Assembly (NCBI GenBank): GCA_964291415.2
Contig: OZ219917.1
Coordinates: 1,088,001-1,152,000 of the forward strand
Source: Alphaproteobacteria bacterium
GTDB lineage: Bacteria; Pseudomonadota; Alphaproteobacteria; SP197
Length of the DNA: 64,000 nucleotides
Reading direction: 5' to 3'
Shown here one piece after another: positions 8,931-18,323 of the stretch (position 1 is its first letter; every line of letters starts with the position of its first letter). A program made the position numbers and the translations under genes. Under the pieces are notes generated by a model. That model was not told the DNA's origin and ran no database searches. It saw only the letters and a program-made list of their open reading frames with translations.

Positions 8931-9992
8931 ATGCGGAGCATACGGACCGTCCACGTCGTATCGGCGCATGCGGAAGGCGAGGTCGGGGATGTCGTCGTTG
9001 GCGGTGTCGAGCCGCCGCCCGGCGACACGCTGCGCGAGCAGGCAGAGTTTCTCGCCCGTGATCGCAGGCTCTGGACGTTCCTTCTCAACGAGCCCCGCGG
9101 CGGAGTGTTCCGTCACGTCAACCTCCTGGTGCCGGCGAAACATCCCGAGGCCCGCATGGGTTTCGTCATCATGGAGCCTGCGGACCTGCCGCCGATGTCG
9201 GGATCGAACACCATCTGCGTGGCAACGGTCCTCCTGGAGACGGGCATCATCGCAATGCAGGAGCCCGAGACCACCTTCATTCTCGAAGCGCCAGGCGGGC
9301 TGGTACGGATTCGTGCCGCCTGCCGTGAAGGCAGGGCACAGTCCATCACCCTCGAGAACCTGCCTTCGTTCGCGGTTCAGACGGACATCCGTCTGGAGGT
9401 TCCAGGCATCGGTTGCCTGACCGTGGATACCGCCTTCGGGGGCGACAGTTTCGTGGTCGTCGACGCAGCGGAACTTGGATTGTCCATCGCCGCATCCGAA
9501 GCGGGACGTCTGGCCGGTTGCGGCATGCGGATACTCGAGGCCGCCAACGACCGGATCGGCTTTAGTCACCCGCAGCTGGCAGAGAGGGACCGCCTTTCGT
9601 TCTGCCTCCTTGCCGGACCTCTCGACAGGACCGACGGCATCATCGAATCGCGCCAGGCCGTCGCCATCAGGCCCGGCAAGATCGACAGGTCGCCCACCGG
9701 CACCGCCGTGTCGGCCCGCATGGCCCTGCTGCATGCCCGGGGCATCATGGAGACCGGCGACATCTTTCGTGCCCGCTCGATCATCGACTCGCGGTTCGAG
9801 GGCAGGATCGTCCGCACCACGCGGGTGGGGTCGATTCCCGCCATCATCCCGGAAGTCACCGGACGGGCCTGGATCACCGGGATTCACCAGCACCTTCTCG
9901 ACCCCGACGACCCCTGGCCCGAGGGCTACAGGCTCGGCGACACGTGGGGCCACCCCCCTTCCGGATCATCCCGCTCCGGTCAATCCGAGTGA
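8931..9992 (+). CDS. proline racemase superfamily protein, Ser/Thr active-site type (probable trans-3-hydroxyproline dehydratase-like)
   Basis: HAEGEVG, NEPRGG, PMSGSNTIC (Ser where racemases have Cys), IDRSPTGT (Thr where racemases have Cys). Confidence 0.88.
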   Translation: MRSIRTVHVVSAHAEGEVGDVVVGGVEPPPGDTLREQAEFLARDRRLWTFLLNEPRGGVFRHVNLLVPAKHPEARMGFVIMEPADLPPMSGSNTICVATVLLETGIIAMQEPETTFILEAPGGLVRIRAACREGRAQSITLENLPSFAVQTDIRLEVPGIGCLTVDTAFGGDSFVVVDAAELGLSIAASEAGRLAGCGMRILEAANDRIGFSHPQLAERDRLSFCLLAGPLDRTDGIIESRQAVAIRPGKIDRSPTGTAVSARMALLHARGIMETGDIFRARSIIDSRFEGRIVRTTRVGSIPAIIPEVTGRAWITGIHQHLLDPDDPWPEGYRLGDTWGHPPSGSSRSGQSE

Positions 9993-10233
9993 ACGGCCGG
10001 ACGGCGGCTCCCGGTTCAGGATCGAATACGCAGGGTCTGACTTCGTCGTGCGAGGCAAGCTCGAAGGACGTCGCCCCGCAGACCTTTCCAACCCATCACA
10101 CCAACCTTGCGCAGGAAAATTCGAGAGCAAGATTCGGGCTGCGCGGCCGTGCTGGACCGGTCAGGGTATCCACCATCGCAATGCGCGGCTCGCAGGGGCG
10201 GCCAGTACCCAGATGACCCGGGGAGGAGATAAC

Positions 10234-11319
10234 ATGGCCGATGGTCAGACAATGCGAACGTCGATGGCAAGGCAGTTCAGCAGCGACGACGAGCGTTGGG
10301 CGGCCGTCGCAAACCGCAATCATGCCGCCGTTGGGGAGTTCGTCTACTGCGTCACGACGACCGGCGTCTATTGCCGTCCCGGCTGTGCGGCACGCCGCCC
10401 GCGGCGCGAGAACGTACGCTTCCACGCGTCCTGTGGGGATGCCGAGGCCGATGGTTTCCGGCCATGCCGGCGCTGCCGCCCGAACGAGCCGTCCCTCGCC
10501 GAACGGCACGCGCGGTCGGTGGCGGCCGCGTGCCGCCTCGTCGAGACGGCGGAAGAGGTGCCGGATCTCGACTCGCTCGCGCAGGCAGCCGGCATGAGCC
10601 GGTTCCACTTCCACCGGGTGTTCAAGGCCGTCACGGGTTTCACGCCGCGGGCCTATGCCGCCGCCTATCGCGCGGACAGGACCCGCGAGGCGCTGCGCAC
10701 GTCGCGAACGGTCACAGAAGCCATCTACGACTCCGGCTTCAACTCAAGCGGCCGGTTCTACGCGGCGTCGCCGAAGATGCTCGGAATGGCTCCCGCGGTA
10801 TTCCGGGGCGGTGGCGCGGGTGAAACGATCCGGTTTGCCGTCGGCGAGTGTTCGCTGGGCTCGATCCTGGTGGCCGCGACGGCCAAGGGAGTTTGCGCGG
10901 TCCTGCTTGGTGACGATCCGGCAGCCTTGGCGAACGAGTTGGAAGACCGTTTTCCGCGGGCTGAATTGATCGGGGCAGACAGGGAGTTCGAATTCCTCGT
11001 CGCTCGGATCGTCGGTCTTGTCGAAACCCCTCAATCCGGTCTCGATTTGCCGCTCGACATCCGCGGGACGACGTTTCAGCGGCGCGTCTGGCTGGCGCTT
11101 CGCGATGTACCGGCCGGCAAGACCGCCAGCTACAGCGAGATCGCCGATCGTGTCGGCTCGCCGAACGCTGCGCGAGCAGTCGCGCGCGCATGCGCCGCCA
11201 ACCCGATCGCCGTCGCCATTCCCTGCCACCGCGTGATCCGCAACGACAGCACGCTCGGCGGCTACCGCTGGGGCGTGGAACGCAAGCGGGCCCTGCTCGC
11301 CCGCGAGGGCACATACTGA
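10234..11319 (+). CDS. ada: bifunctional transcriptional activator / O6-methylguanine-DNA methyltransferase Ada
   Basis: TTGVYCRPGC...GFRPCRRC Zn-binding Ada domain, AraC HTH (MSRFHFHRVFK), IPCHRV active site; ATG 10234 after GGAGGAG. Confidence 0.95.
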   Translation: MADGQTMRTSMARQFSSDDERWAAVANRNHAAVGEFVYCVTTTGVYCRPGCAARRPRRENVRFHASCGDAEADGFRPCRRCRPNEPSLAERHARSVAAACRLVETAEEVPDLDSLAQAAGMSRFHFHRVFKAVTGFTPRAYAAAYRADRTREALRTSRTVTEAIYDSGFNSSGRFYAASPKMLGMAPAVFRGGGAGETIRFAVGECSLGSILVAATAKGVCAVLLGDDPAALANELEDRFPRAELIGADREFEFLVARIVGLVETPQSGLDLPLDIRGTTFQRRVWLALRDVPAGKTASYSEIADRVGSPNAARAVARACAANPIAVAIPCHRVIRNDSTLGGYRWGVERKRALLAREGTY

Positions 11320-11427
11320 GCCCGGCTGCATGCCGGTCGAGCGTCACGCCGGAAACGGAACTCCGCCTCGCGGCGCTGGAGCGGAGTGCGATCACCTTGG
11401 CACGCACGGCTACGCCTTGATGTCATC

Positions 11428-11710
11428 GCTACTCACGCCCGGGGCACCATGAAGATCGGCGACATCTTCCGCGTGCGCTCGATCATCGGCTCGCGGGCGT
11501 GATCATCCGAGTCACACCACGGGGTAAGGCCGATCCCCCCATCATCCCGGAAACCACCGGTCGGGCCGGGCCTGAATGACCGGGATCCACCCGCATTTTC
11601 TGGACACCGACGAACCCGGGGCAGGGGGTGCAGCCCCGGCAACACGTGGGACCGTGCCGCACGCGAATCGGCTCAGTGCGGTCCATGTGAATGAGCGACC
11701 GGATGGCGAT
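11428..11710 (+). pseudogene. decayed second copy of the 3' end of the proline-racemase-family gene (counterpart ~9726-10007)
   Basis: CACGCCCGGGGCACCATGAAGATCGGCGACATCTTCCGCGTGCGCTCGATCATCGGCTCGCGG aligns with CATGCCCGGGGCATCATGGAGACCGGCGACATCTTTCGTGCCCGCTCGATCATCGACTCGCGG (9732 onward). Similarity continues with indels (CCATCATCCCGGAA, CCGACGA, CACGTGGG) to just past the stop codon. Confidence 0.85.
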
Positions 11711-11773
11711 CACAGTGCTGAATCCAGGCACTCGCGCCACCCGTGAATTGTGCGCCTCGTCCAGCAGCGCGGA

Positions 11774-12331
11774 TCAGGTGTCGAGCCAGACCTTCACAGC
11801 CTCGGCTAACTCCTGCGCCGCGTCATCCAGCATGTCGTTGCTTCCGGCATCGATCACGTTCTTGGTGATCTCGATTAGTATCCCGAGGTTTCCGGTGAAG
11901 GAAACATCCTTCTCCTGTTCCCGGAAGTAACGTTCAGCAATGACATCACCTGTGGTGGCGTCCAGGACGCTCACCGTCGCGCCGATGTAACTCTCGCTGC
12001 CGAGAAGAGCCCGGCCGGCGTCGCTGGCGATGTTCATTTCGTCCACGTGAACCGACATGTGGACCGGCTGATCACCGGAAAATGAGGATTCCAGCGTACC
12101 GTACATCGCGGTTTCGAGCTGCTGTTCGAACTGCTGTGCAAATTCCTTGTCGTCGATGTCGTCGAGTCTCTCGAAGACTCCTGTACGGACGTTCTCGTCC
12201 ACCGTGACGTCGACGCTCGCGAGCGTGTAGCCCCGAACCTGATCGCTGATTCCCGCCTGCGTGGTCATGCAACCGGTGAGAAGGACGGCAAACAAGACCG
12301 CCACCGTCAGGTTCAACCAATTCCGTGTCAT
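11774..12331 (-). CDS. hypothetical lipoprotein
   Basis: Signal peptide with lipobox LLTGC, GGAG RBS upstream, acidic globular composition. Confidence 0.8.
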   Translation of the reverse strand: MTRNWLNLTVAVLFAVLLTGCMTTQAGISDQVRGYTLASVDVTVDENVRTGVFERLDDIDDKEFAQQFEQQLETAMYGTLESSFSGDQPVHMSVHVDEMNIASDAGRALLGSESYIGATVSVLDATTGDVIAERYFREQEKDVSFTGNLGILIEITKNVIDAGSNDMLDDAAQELAEAVKVWLDT

Positions 12332-12644
12332 GTTGCACTCCTTGCGACTTCAGTCTTCGCGATGCGCCGGTTGCTGCACCTATTGCATCGCATGACACTT
12401 GCGTCCAGCAACCTTCTTCGACCTTGGGCCCGGAACACCGGTGACCTGCGCTGGAGTTTCGGACATAAGCCTTCAACGGGCTGTCCGCCAGGACTGGGAA
12501 AGTTGAAGGCGCGGCTGACCGGCAGCCGCGCCGCCGTGGAACGCGCCGGCTCCCCTTTCCGCGGTCGCTCAATCGCGCTTCATGGAAAACGCGCTCGAAG
12601 ACGCCACCAGCCCCCTTGTTTCACAAAGCGCCCATCCAGCCCGT

Positions 12645-12728
12645 CGTTCCGGACGTTGACGAGGCACACGGTCAAGAGGAGAAGGGTGACGGACCTCAGG
12701 TCCACGCGGCGTGCCGTTTGCCAGAGTT
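12645..12728 (-). pseudogene. decayed second copy of the 3' end of the DMT transporter gene (counterpart ~17075-17160)
   Basis: CGTTCCGGACGTTGACGAGGCACACGGTCAAGAGGAGAAGGGTGACGG...TCCACGCG vs CGTTCCTGACGTTGACGAGGCACAGGCTCAGGAGGAGAAGGGCGAAGG...TCCACGCG; peptides LLLLTVCLVNVRN vs LLLLSLCLVNVRN. Confidence 0.8.
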
Positions 12729-13039
12729 GATCGGGTGGCCCGGCGCGGCTGTCTCCCGGGTCAGGGTTGTATCCGGGGAATGGAGGGTTACCGAGCGTGT
12801 CCTCGAGACAGCGGGCATTGAGAGAAAACACCCTAATATTAGGGAGAAAGTCGATGATGTGCTCTGGCTGATGTTGCCGGCATCCAGGGTCGGTGACCAT
12901 TGACATCGGAAGTCCCCGCGGGATAAGAGTCAGGAGGCGGAAAAACAACGCTGCGCCCGGGTTTCGACACTGTGGTTTTCCTGAATATCCGGGCCGTATT
13001 CGGCGAACGATGTTTCAATCTGACCGGAAGGACACTCCC

Positions 13040-14194
13040 ATGAAAACCACCCCAACAGGACAGGAGACTGTCAAGGAAAGTGTTGCACAAGGACGCCGCA
13101 GGTTTCTCAGGCATGGCGTCCTTGCCGCAGGCGCCGCCGCAGCGGGCGCCAGTGGGCTCGCCACACCCTATATCCGCGATGCGCGCGCAGCCGAGACGAC
13201 GACCTGGCGCATCCAGACCTCGTGGCCCGGCGGCATCGGTCTCGACATCTTCAAGCACTGGTGCGGCACGATCATCGAGAAGACCGGCGGCGAACTCGCC
13301 TTTCAACCCTTCGGCGCCAAGGATGTCGTCGGCGACTTCCAGCTGTTCGACGCCGTCAAGAACGGTGTGATCGAGGCCATGAACCCGTTCACGCTCTACT
13401 GGGCGGGCCGTATCCCGGCATCGGTGTTCCTGAGCTCCTATCCGCTCGGCCTGCGCAATCCCCACGAATGGGATGTCTTCTATCTCGCGCTCGGCGGCAG
13501 GGAGATCGCGCGGGAGATCTTCGCCAGGCACGACATGTTCTATGTCGGCCATATCCACCATGGTCCGAACATCATCCACTCCAAGGTTCCGATCCTGTCG
13601 ATCGACGATTTCAGAGGGCGCAAGATGCGGCTTCCCGGAGGCATGGTGGCCGAAGTCTTCCAGGACGTCGGCGCCAAGACCACGCTGCTTCCCGGCTCGG
13701 AGATCTTCCCCGCCCTCGACAAGGGCACCATCGACGTGGCGGACTATGTCGGACCGGCGATCAACTATGCGCTGGGTTTCCACAAGGCGACGAACTACAT
13801 CTCCATGGGGCCTCCGGGCTTCATGTCGCTCTACCAGCCTGTCGACCTCATGGATCTCACCGTCGGCATGGATCACTGGAACGCGCTTTCCGACCAGATG
13901 AAGCAGTTCGTCGAGATGGAGGTCTGCGTCTATTCCGACCATCATCACGCCGGTATCCAGAAGGCCGACCAGGAGGCCTGGGCCAAGTTCGAGGAGGCCG
14001 GAACCGTGGTGACCCGGCTTTCCCAGGACGATGTCGAGGAGTTCACCAACTACGCGGTGCCCCGCTGGTTCCAGTGGGCCAACAAGGACAAGGATGCCGC
14101 CCGCGTGTTCAAGATCCAGCTGGACTACATGATGTCCGGCAGTCTGGGATACGTCACGCCCGAGATGATCGCCGGCCACACACTGGACCTGTGA
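13040..14194 (+). CDS. dctP: TRAP transporter substrate-binding protein (TakP-like), Tat-exported
   Basis: Twin-arginine RRRFL signal, WRIQTSWP, DFRGRKMRLPG, GSEIFPALDKGTIDVADY. Confidence 0.92.
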   Translation: MKTTPTGQETVKESVAQGRRRFLRHGVLAAGAAAAGASGLATPYIRDARAAETTTWRIQTSWPGGIGLDIFKHWCGTIIEKTGGELAFQPFGAKDVVGDFQLFDAVKNGVIEAMNPFTLYWAGRIPASVFLSSYPLGLRNPHEWDVFYLALGGREIAREIFARHDMFYVGHIHHGPNIIHSKVPILSIDDFRGRKMRLPGGMVAEVFQDVGAKTTLLPGSEIFPALDKGTIDVADYVGPAINYALGFHKATNYISMGPPGFMSLYQPVDLMDLTVGMDHWNALSDQMKQFVEMEVCVYSDHHHAGIQKADQEAWAKFEEAGTVVTRLSQDDVEEFTNYAVPRWFQWANKDKDAARVFKIQLDYMMSGSLGYVTPEMIAGHTLDL

Positions 14195-14211
14195 TACCTT
14201 CGTAGCCACCT

Positions 14212-14246
14212 GCCGGGTTCCGCTCCATGACGGAGCGGAACCCGGC
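14212..14246 (+). promoter_or_regulatory. intercistronic stem-loop between dctP and dctQ (mRNA stabiliser/attenuator)
   Basis: Perfect 15-bp stem GCCGGGTTCCGCTCC-atgac-GGAGCGGAACCCGGC with no U tract. Confidence 0.6.
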
Positions 14247-14278
14247 GACCCGAACCTTTTCCGGACACCCTGAGCGCC

Positions 14279-15454
14279 ATGGAGCCTGTGCTGTATCCGG
14301 TTGCGGCGCTGCTTCACGGCGCGGTGCCGCAGTGGCTCGCCCTGCCGAGCCTCACGCTGACGCTGCCCCATGTCGTTTACTGGGCGGGGCTGGCGCTCTT
14401 CCCGCTGGTCGCGATGGTCCTGGTGCGTCGGGCGGCGCGGGCGCCGCACCGCAGGATTTCCGCGCCGATCGCGTGGATGTTCTGGTTCTGGGGCGGAATT
14501 GTCGGACTGCATCGCTTTTACCTCAGGTCCGTCCGCGCCGGCCTGGTCTTCCTGCTACTCTTCGTGCTGCTCCTGATGGGCAACGGCTATTCATCGGACG
14601 CCCGGAATGCCCGGTCGCTCTTCGACAACGAGCTTCGCATCGCGGAGTTCACCATTACCCAGCGCCAGAAGGACGTCGACCGTCAGACCGAGGGTGCCGA
14701 GGACCGTCTTGCCGCGGCCGTCGAGGAACACGAGGCGGTCCGTATTGAGGCCGAAGCCGCGTCCCTGACGGAGGACGAATGGCGGGCCTTCGTCGGCTCC
14801 GTGTTCTGGTTGATCGTTGTGCTTCTGCTCTTCGACGCCTGGCGCCTTCGGCACCTGGTTCGGGAAGCCGAGGCACGCGAAACCGGTCTCGCCGATTCCG
14901 GGGACATCGACATCCTGCAAAGGGACGATGTCAGCGATGAGCGCAGCCTCGTCTCCAGCCCGGTCATCCGGACGATCGAGAAGATCAGCGACTGGTCCGG
15001 CACCTTCGTCGCCTACTGGATCGTGCTGGCGGTGTTCGTCTACTACTACGAAGTCATCGCGCGCTACGTCTTCAATTCGCCGACGAACTGGGCCCACGAG
15101 GCCATGTTCCTGATGTTCGGCGCGCAGTACCTCCTGTCCGGAGCGGCGACACTGCGGGACGGCAAGCACGTCAGGGTCGACGTGGTCTATGCCCGGTTTT
15201 CCGTTCGCACCCGCGCCTGGATCGATATCGTGACGTCGCTCGCCTTCTTCATCTTTGTCGTCACCCTGATCGTGACGGGGTTCTTTTTCGCCATGGACGC
15301 CGTCGAGGTCATGGAGGTGTCGTTCACCGAGTGGGCAATCCAGTACTGGCCGGTGAAGTTCGCCATCATGATCGGCGGAATCCTGATCCTGTTGCAGGGT
15401 ATCGCCGGACTGATGCGCAACGTGATCTTTCTTTCGCGATCCCGGGCGGACTGA
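14279..15454 (+). CDS. dctQ: TRAP transporter small permease with N-terminal TM2-domain extension
   Basis: C-terminal DctQ (YEVIARYVFNSPTNWAHE, HVRVDVVY); N-terminal WFWGGIVGLHRFYL is TM2-like; 391 aa. Confidence 0.85.
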   Translation: MEPVLYPVAALLHGAVPQWLALPSLTLTLPHVVYWAGLALFPLVAMVLVRRAARAPHRRISAPIAWMFWFWGGIVGLHRFYLRSVRAGLVFLLLFVLLLMGNGYSSDARNARSLFDNELRIAEFTITQRQKDVDRQTEGAEDRLAAAVEEHEAVRIEAEAASLTEDEWRAFVGSVFWLIVVLLLFDAWRLRHLVREAEARETGLADSGDIDILQRDDVSDERSLVSSPVIRTIEKISDWSGTFVAYWIVLAVFVYYYEVIARYVFNSPTNWAHEAMFLMFGAQYLLSGAATLRDGKHVRVDVVYARFSVRTRAWIDIVTSLAFFIFVVTLIVTGFFFAMDAVEVMEVSFTEWAIQYWPVKFAIMIGGILILLQGIAGLMRNVIFLSRSRAD

Positions 15455-15457
15455 ACC

Positions 15458-16852
15458 ATGGGCCTGGAAATGGATCTCCTGTGGCTCACCGTGCTGATGT
15501 TCGGCTCGCTGGGCGTGCTGCTGATGGCGGGGCTTCCGCTGGCGTTCGTGACCGGCGGGCTGGGTTGCGTGTTCCTGTTCGTCTTCGGTTCGGTCAACGA
15601 ACTCAACATCCTGCCATCCCGCATCTTCCCGTTCATGACCGACTATCAGTTGTCGGCCATTCCACTGTTCATCTTCATGGCCGTGATGCTGGAGCGGGCG
15701 GGCATCATCCAGGAGCTGTTCGATGTCGTCTACAAGCTGCTCGGCGGCTTGAGGGGCGGCCTTGCATCGGCAACGATCGTTTCCTCGACGATCCTGGCCG
15801 CCATGGTCGGCGTGATCGGCGCGGCGGAGGTGGCCATGGGCATCCTGGCGCTTCCGGCCATGCTGAAGCGGCGCTACGACCCCCATCTCGCCTGCGGTTC
15901 CATCCTGGCCGGCGGCACGCTCGGCATTCTCATTCCGCCTTCGATCCTTGCCATCCTGTTCGCGGTGGTGGCGCAGCAATCGGTGGGCGACCTCTTCATC
16001 GGCGCGATCTTTCCCGGACTCCTGCTCTCCGGTCTCTATGTGATCTATGTCACCACGCGCTGCTACATCGATCCGGCGGCAGGTCCGGCCCTGCCGGTCG
16101 AGGAACGCGTCAGTTTCAGGGAAAAGCTGCTCCTCCTGCGCAGCATCATCACGCCCGTTCTCCTGATCGTCCTGGTTCTCGGCGTGATCTTCACCGGCGT
16201 CGCGACACCCGTCGAGGCCGCCGGAATTGGCACGTTCGGCGCTCTCTTTGTCGCGGCGATGCACCGCCGCCTGTCGTGGGCGAACATCAGGGAGGGCGCG
16301 CTCACGACGCTGAAGGCCTCGGCGATGGTGCTGTGGATCATCTTCGGCGCCAGCATCTTCGTCGGCTTCTACATCCTCCAGGGCGGGCAGCAGTTCGTGG
16401 CCGACGTTCTGATCGGCACGGGTCTGGGCCCGTACGGCATCCTGCTCATCATGATGATCATCCTGGTCATCCTCGGGATGTTTCTCGACTGGGTCGGCAT
16501 CCTCCTGCTGGCCGTGCCGATCTTCATGCCCATTCTCCTGCAGATGGAGTTCAACGGCCTCTTCGGCCTGCCCGGTCCGACACACGGGATCACCGATCCC
16601 GACAAGGCGAATGAGGCGCTGCGCCTGTGGTTCGGCGTCGTCTACATCGTCAACATGCAGATGTCGTTCCTGTCACCGCCATTCGGCTATGCGCTCTTCT
16701 ATCTCAAGAGTGTCGCGCCACCGGAGATCGGCATGGGCACGATCTTCAGGTCCGCCGTCCCCTTCCTGTTGCTCCAGGCGCTCGGTCTCTTCATCTGCAT
16801 CGCCTTCCCGCAGATCATCCTGTGGCTGCCGGCACAGGTCTACGGCAACTGA
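15458..16852 (+). CDS. dctM: TRAP transporter large permease
   Basis: LSAIPLFIFM, GGTLGILIPPS, ATPVEAA, SFLSPPFG. Confidence 0.94.
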   Translation: MGLEMDLLWLTVLMFGSLGVLLMAGLPLAFVTGGLGCVFLFVFGSVNELNILPSRIFPFMTDYQLSAIPLFIFMAVMLERAGIIQELFDVVYKLLGGLRGGLASATIVSSTILAAMVGVIGAAEVAMGILALPAMLKRRYDPHLACGSILAGGTLGILIPPSILAILFAVVAQQSVGDLFIGAIFPGLLLSGLYVIYVTTRCYIDPAAGPALPVEERVSFREKLLLLRSIITPVLLIVLVLGVIFTGVATPVEAAGIGTFGALFVAAMHRRLSWANIREGALTTLKASAMVLWIIFGASIFVGFYILQGGQQFVADVLIGTGLGPYGILLIMMIILVILGMFLDWVGILLLAVPIFMPILLQMEFNGLFGLPGPTHGITDPDKANEALRLWFGVVYIVNMQMSFLSPPFGYALFYLKSVAPPEIGMGTIFRSAVPFLLLQALGLFICIAFPQIILWLPAQVYGN

Positions 16853-17035
16853 CCTCCGGCACCATCGCGCGCCCGCGCCGGGAAACCGGCCATTGTCCGA
16901 AGCCAGGTGGCCGCACCGGCGGTTTCGGGCCTTCGTCGTCCCTGTCGGAATTGAATTGCCACGCGTGACGTCAAGAGCCCGACTGCCTCTCGCATGTCCC
17001 GTTCGTCCAGGCTGCCGCGACGCAGACGCAGGACG

Positions 17036-17962
17036 TCAAGTCCTGAACGTCGACACCGTCGATGATGCCTGACCGTTCCTGACGTTGACGAGGCACAGGC
17101 TCAGGAGGAGAAGGGCGAAGGCCGTCCAGATCCACGCGCTGTGCTGCTCGCCAAAGACGACGATTCCCGCACCGATGATCATCGGCGTGGCAGCGAAGGT
17201 CCAGGTGGCATAGAACACGGGCCCGGCAATGCGGATGGTCTCGAACGATGCGATCCAGAGCCAGACGTTCAGCGCGCCGAAAAGCGGGACGAGCCACCAG
17301 AGATGCAGGCGTTCGGCATCGAACCACCAGAACTGGTCCAGCCAGACGACAGGCGCCAGCAGGATTGCCGCGCCCCCGGCCATCATGGCAAACGAGATCG
17401 CCAGCGATTCTGTCTCGGGTGGCCAGTCACGGGCCATCCAGTTGGCCCAGAGTGCCCAGCCGACGGGGACGACCAGCGCGACCGCAACCCAGGGGACCAT
17501 GGCCCGCGACGGCAGGCTGGTTTCCGGCAACACGGTGAGCATCAGGCCTGCGACACCGATCAGGAGACCGACAAAGCGAATCCAGCGGTATCTCTCGAGC
17601 AGCAGCACGAGTGCGACCAGGTAGGTGAGGGCCGGCTCGATCGCCATTGCGAGACTCATGACGCCGACAGGCAGGTGAGGCGAGGCCAGGGTCATGGCGG
17701 CATAGGGGATCACGAGCCCGAAGAGCGCCGACACCGTGTAGTAGCGCAGGTGTGGCACGGTCAGCGGCACGGACTGTCGCCTCGCAAGGAGGGCGGCTCC
17801 GGTCATCACCGCACCGGCGAGGCACTGCCAGAACACGAAGCCGAGGAAGGGAACTCCTCCCTCGGTGGCAACCCGCAGAAAGACGAGAAAGACGGACGCG
17901 GGGACGGCAACCATCATCAGCAGGAACAGGCGCAGCGCAAGCGAGGGCTGGGCGATGGACAT
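17036..17962 (-). CDS. DMT/EamA family transporter
   Basis: About 10 hydrophobic segments in two EamA-like halves (LLLERYRWIRFVG; VFGEQHS); start at MSIAQP. Confidence 0.85.
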   Translation of the reverse strand: MSIAQPSLALRLFLLMMVAVPASVFLVFLRVATEGGVPFLGFVFWQCLAGAVMTGAALLARRQSVPLTVPHLRYYTVSALFGLVIPYAAMTLASPHLPVGVMSLAMAIEPALTYLVALVLLLERYRWIRFVGLLIGVAGLMLTVLPETSLPSRAMVPWVAVALVVPVGWALWANWMARDWPPETESLAISFAMMAGGAAILLAPVVWLDQFWWFDAERLHLWWLVPLFGALNVWLWIASFETIRIAGPVFYATWTFAATPMIIGAGIVVFGEQHSAWIWTAFALLLLSLCLVNVRNGQASSTVSTFRT

Positions 17963-18323
17963 TACGGCCTCCCGGGCCTGAAGGCCGGACGGTTCCTGGC
18001 GCGGCCCTCGGGTCCGGCGGTCGCAAGCGGGATTGCGAGGATGGTGGAGGCGGGGTCGAACGGCAAAATCAGGGATCCGCTTCGTGTCACCGGTGCGACC
18101 GATGCGGCCTTGTATGCTCTGCTGCAGGCGAAATGTACAGCCATGGGCATCGGACGGCACGCCGCCCGACCGCCGCCTTGCCAATCGCGTCGGATCCTTC
18201 ATGATCCTCGTCCGCTCATGCGGGAGGAATGCACGCGGGCCCATTCGGTCGACAGCCCGCCCTTCAGACGCGAGCTGAGTGGAACTGTCGCCGGACTGGC
18301 CGTATCCGGTTTGGGAGACGACC

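Noticed and set aside
9475-10233. 614-aa ORF suggesting a long N-terminal extension of Ada
   Set aside because: The extension overlaps the racemase gene out of frame and is low-complexity; a strong RBS precedes ATG 10234.
12469-12532. Cobalamin or other known riboswitch (ACTGGGAA-like motif)
   Set aside because: Other conserved riboswitch elements were not found; kept only as an unassigned hairpin pair.
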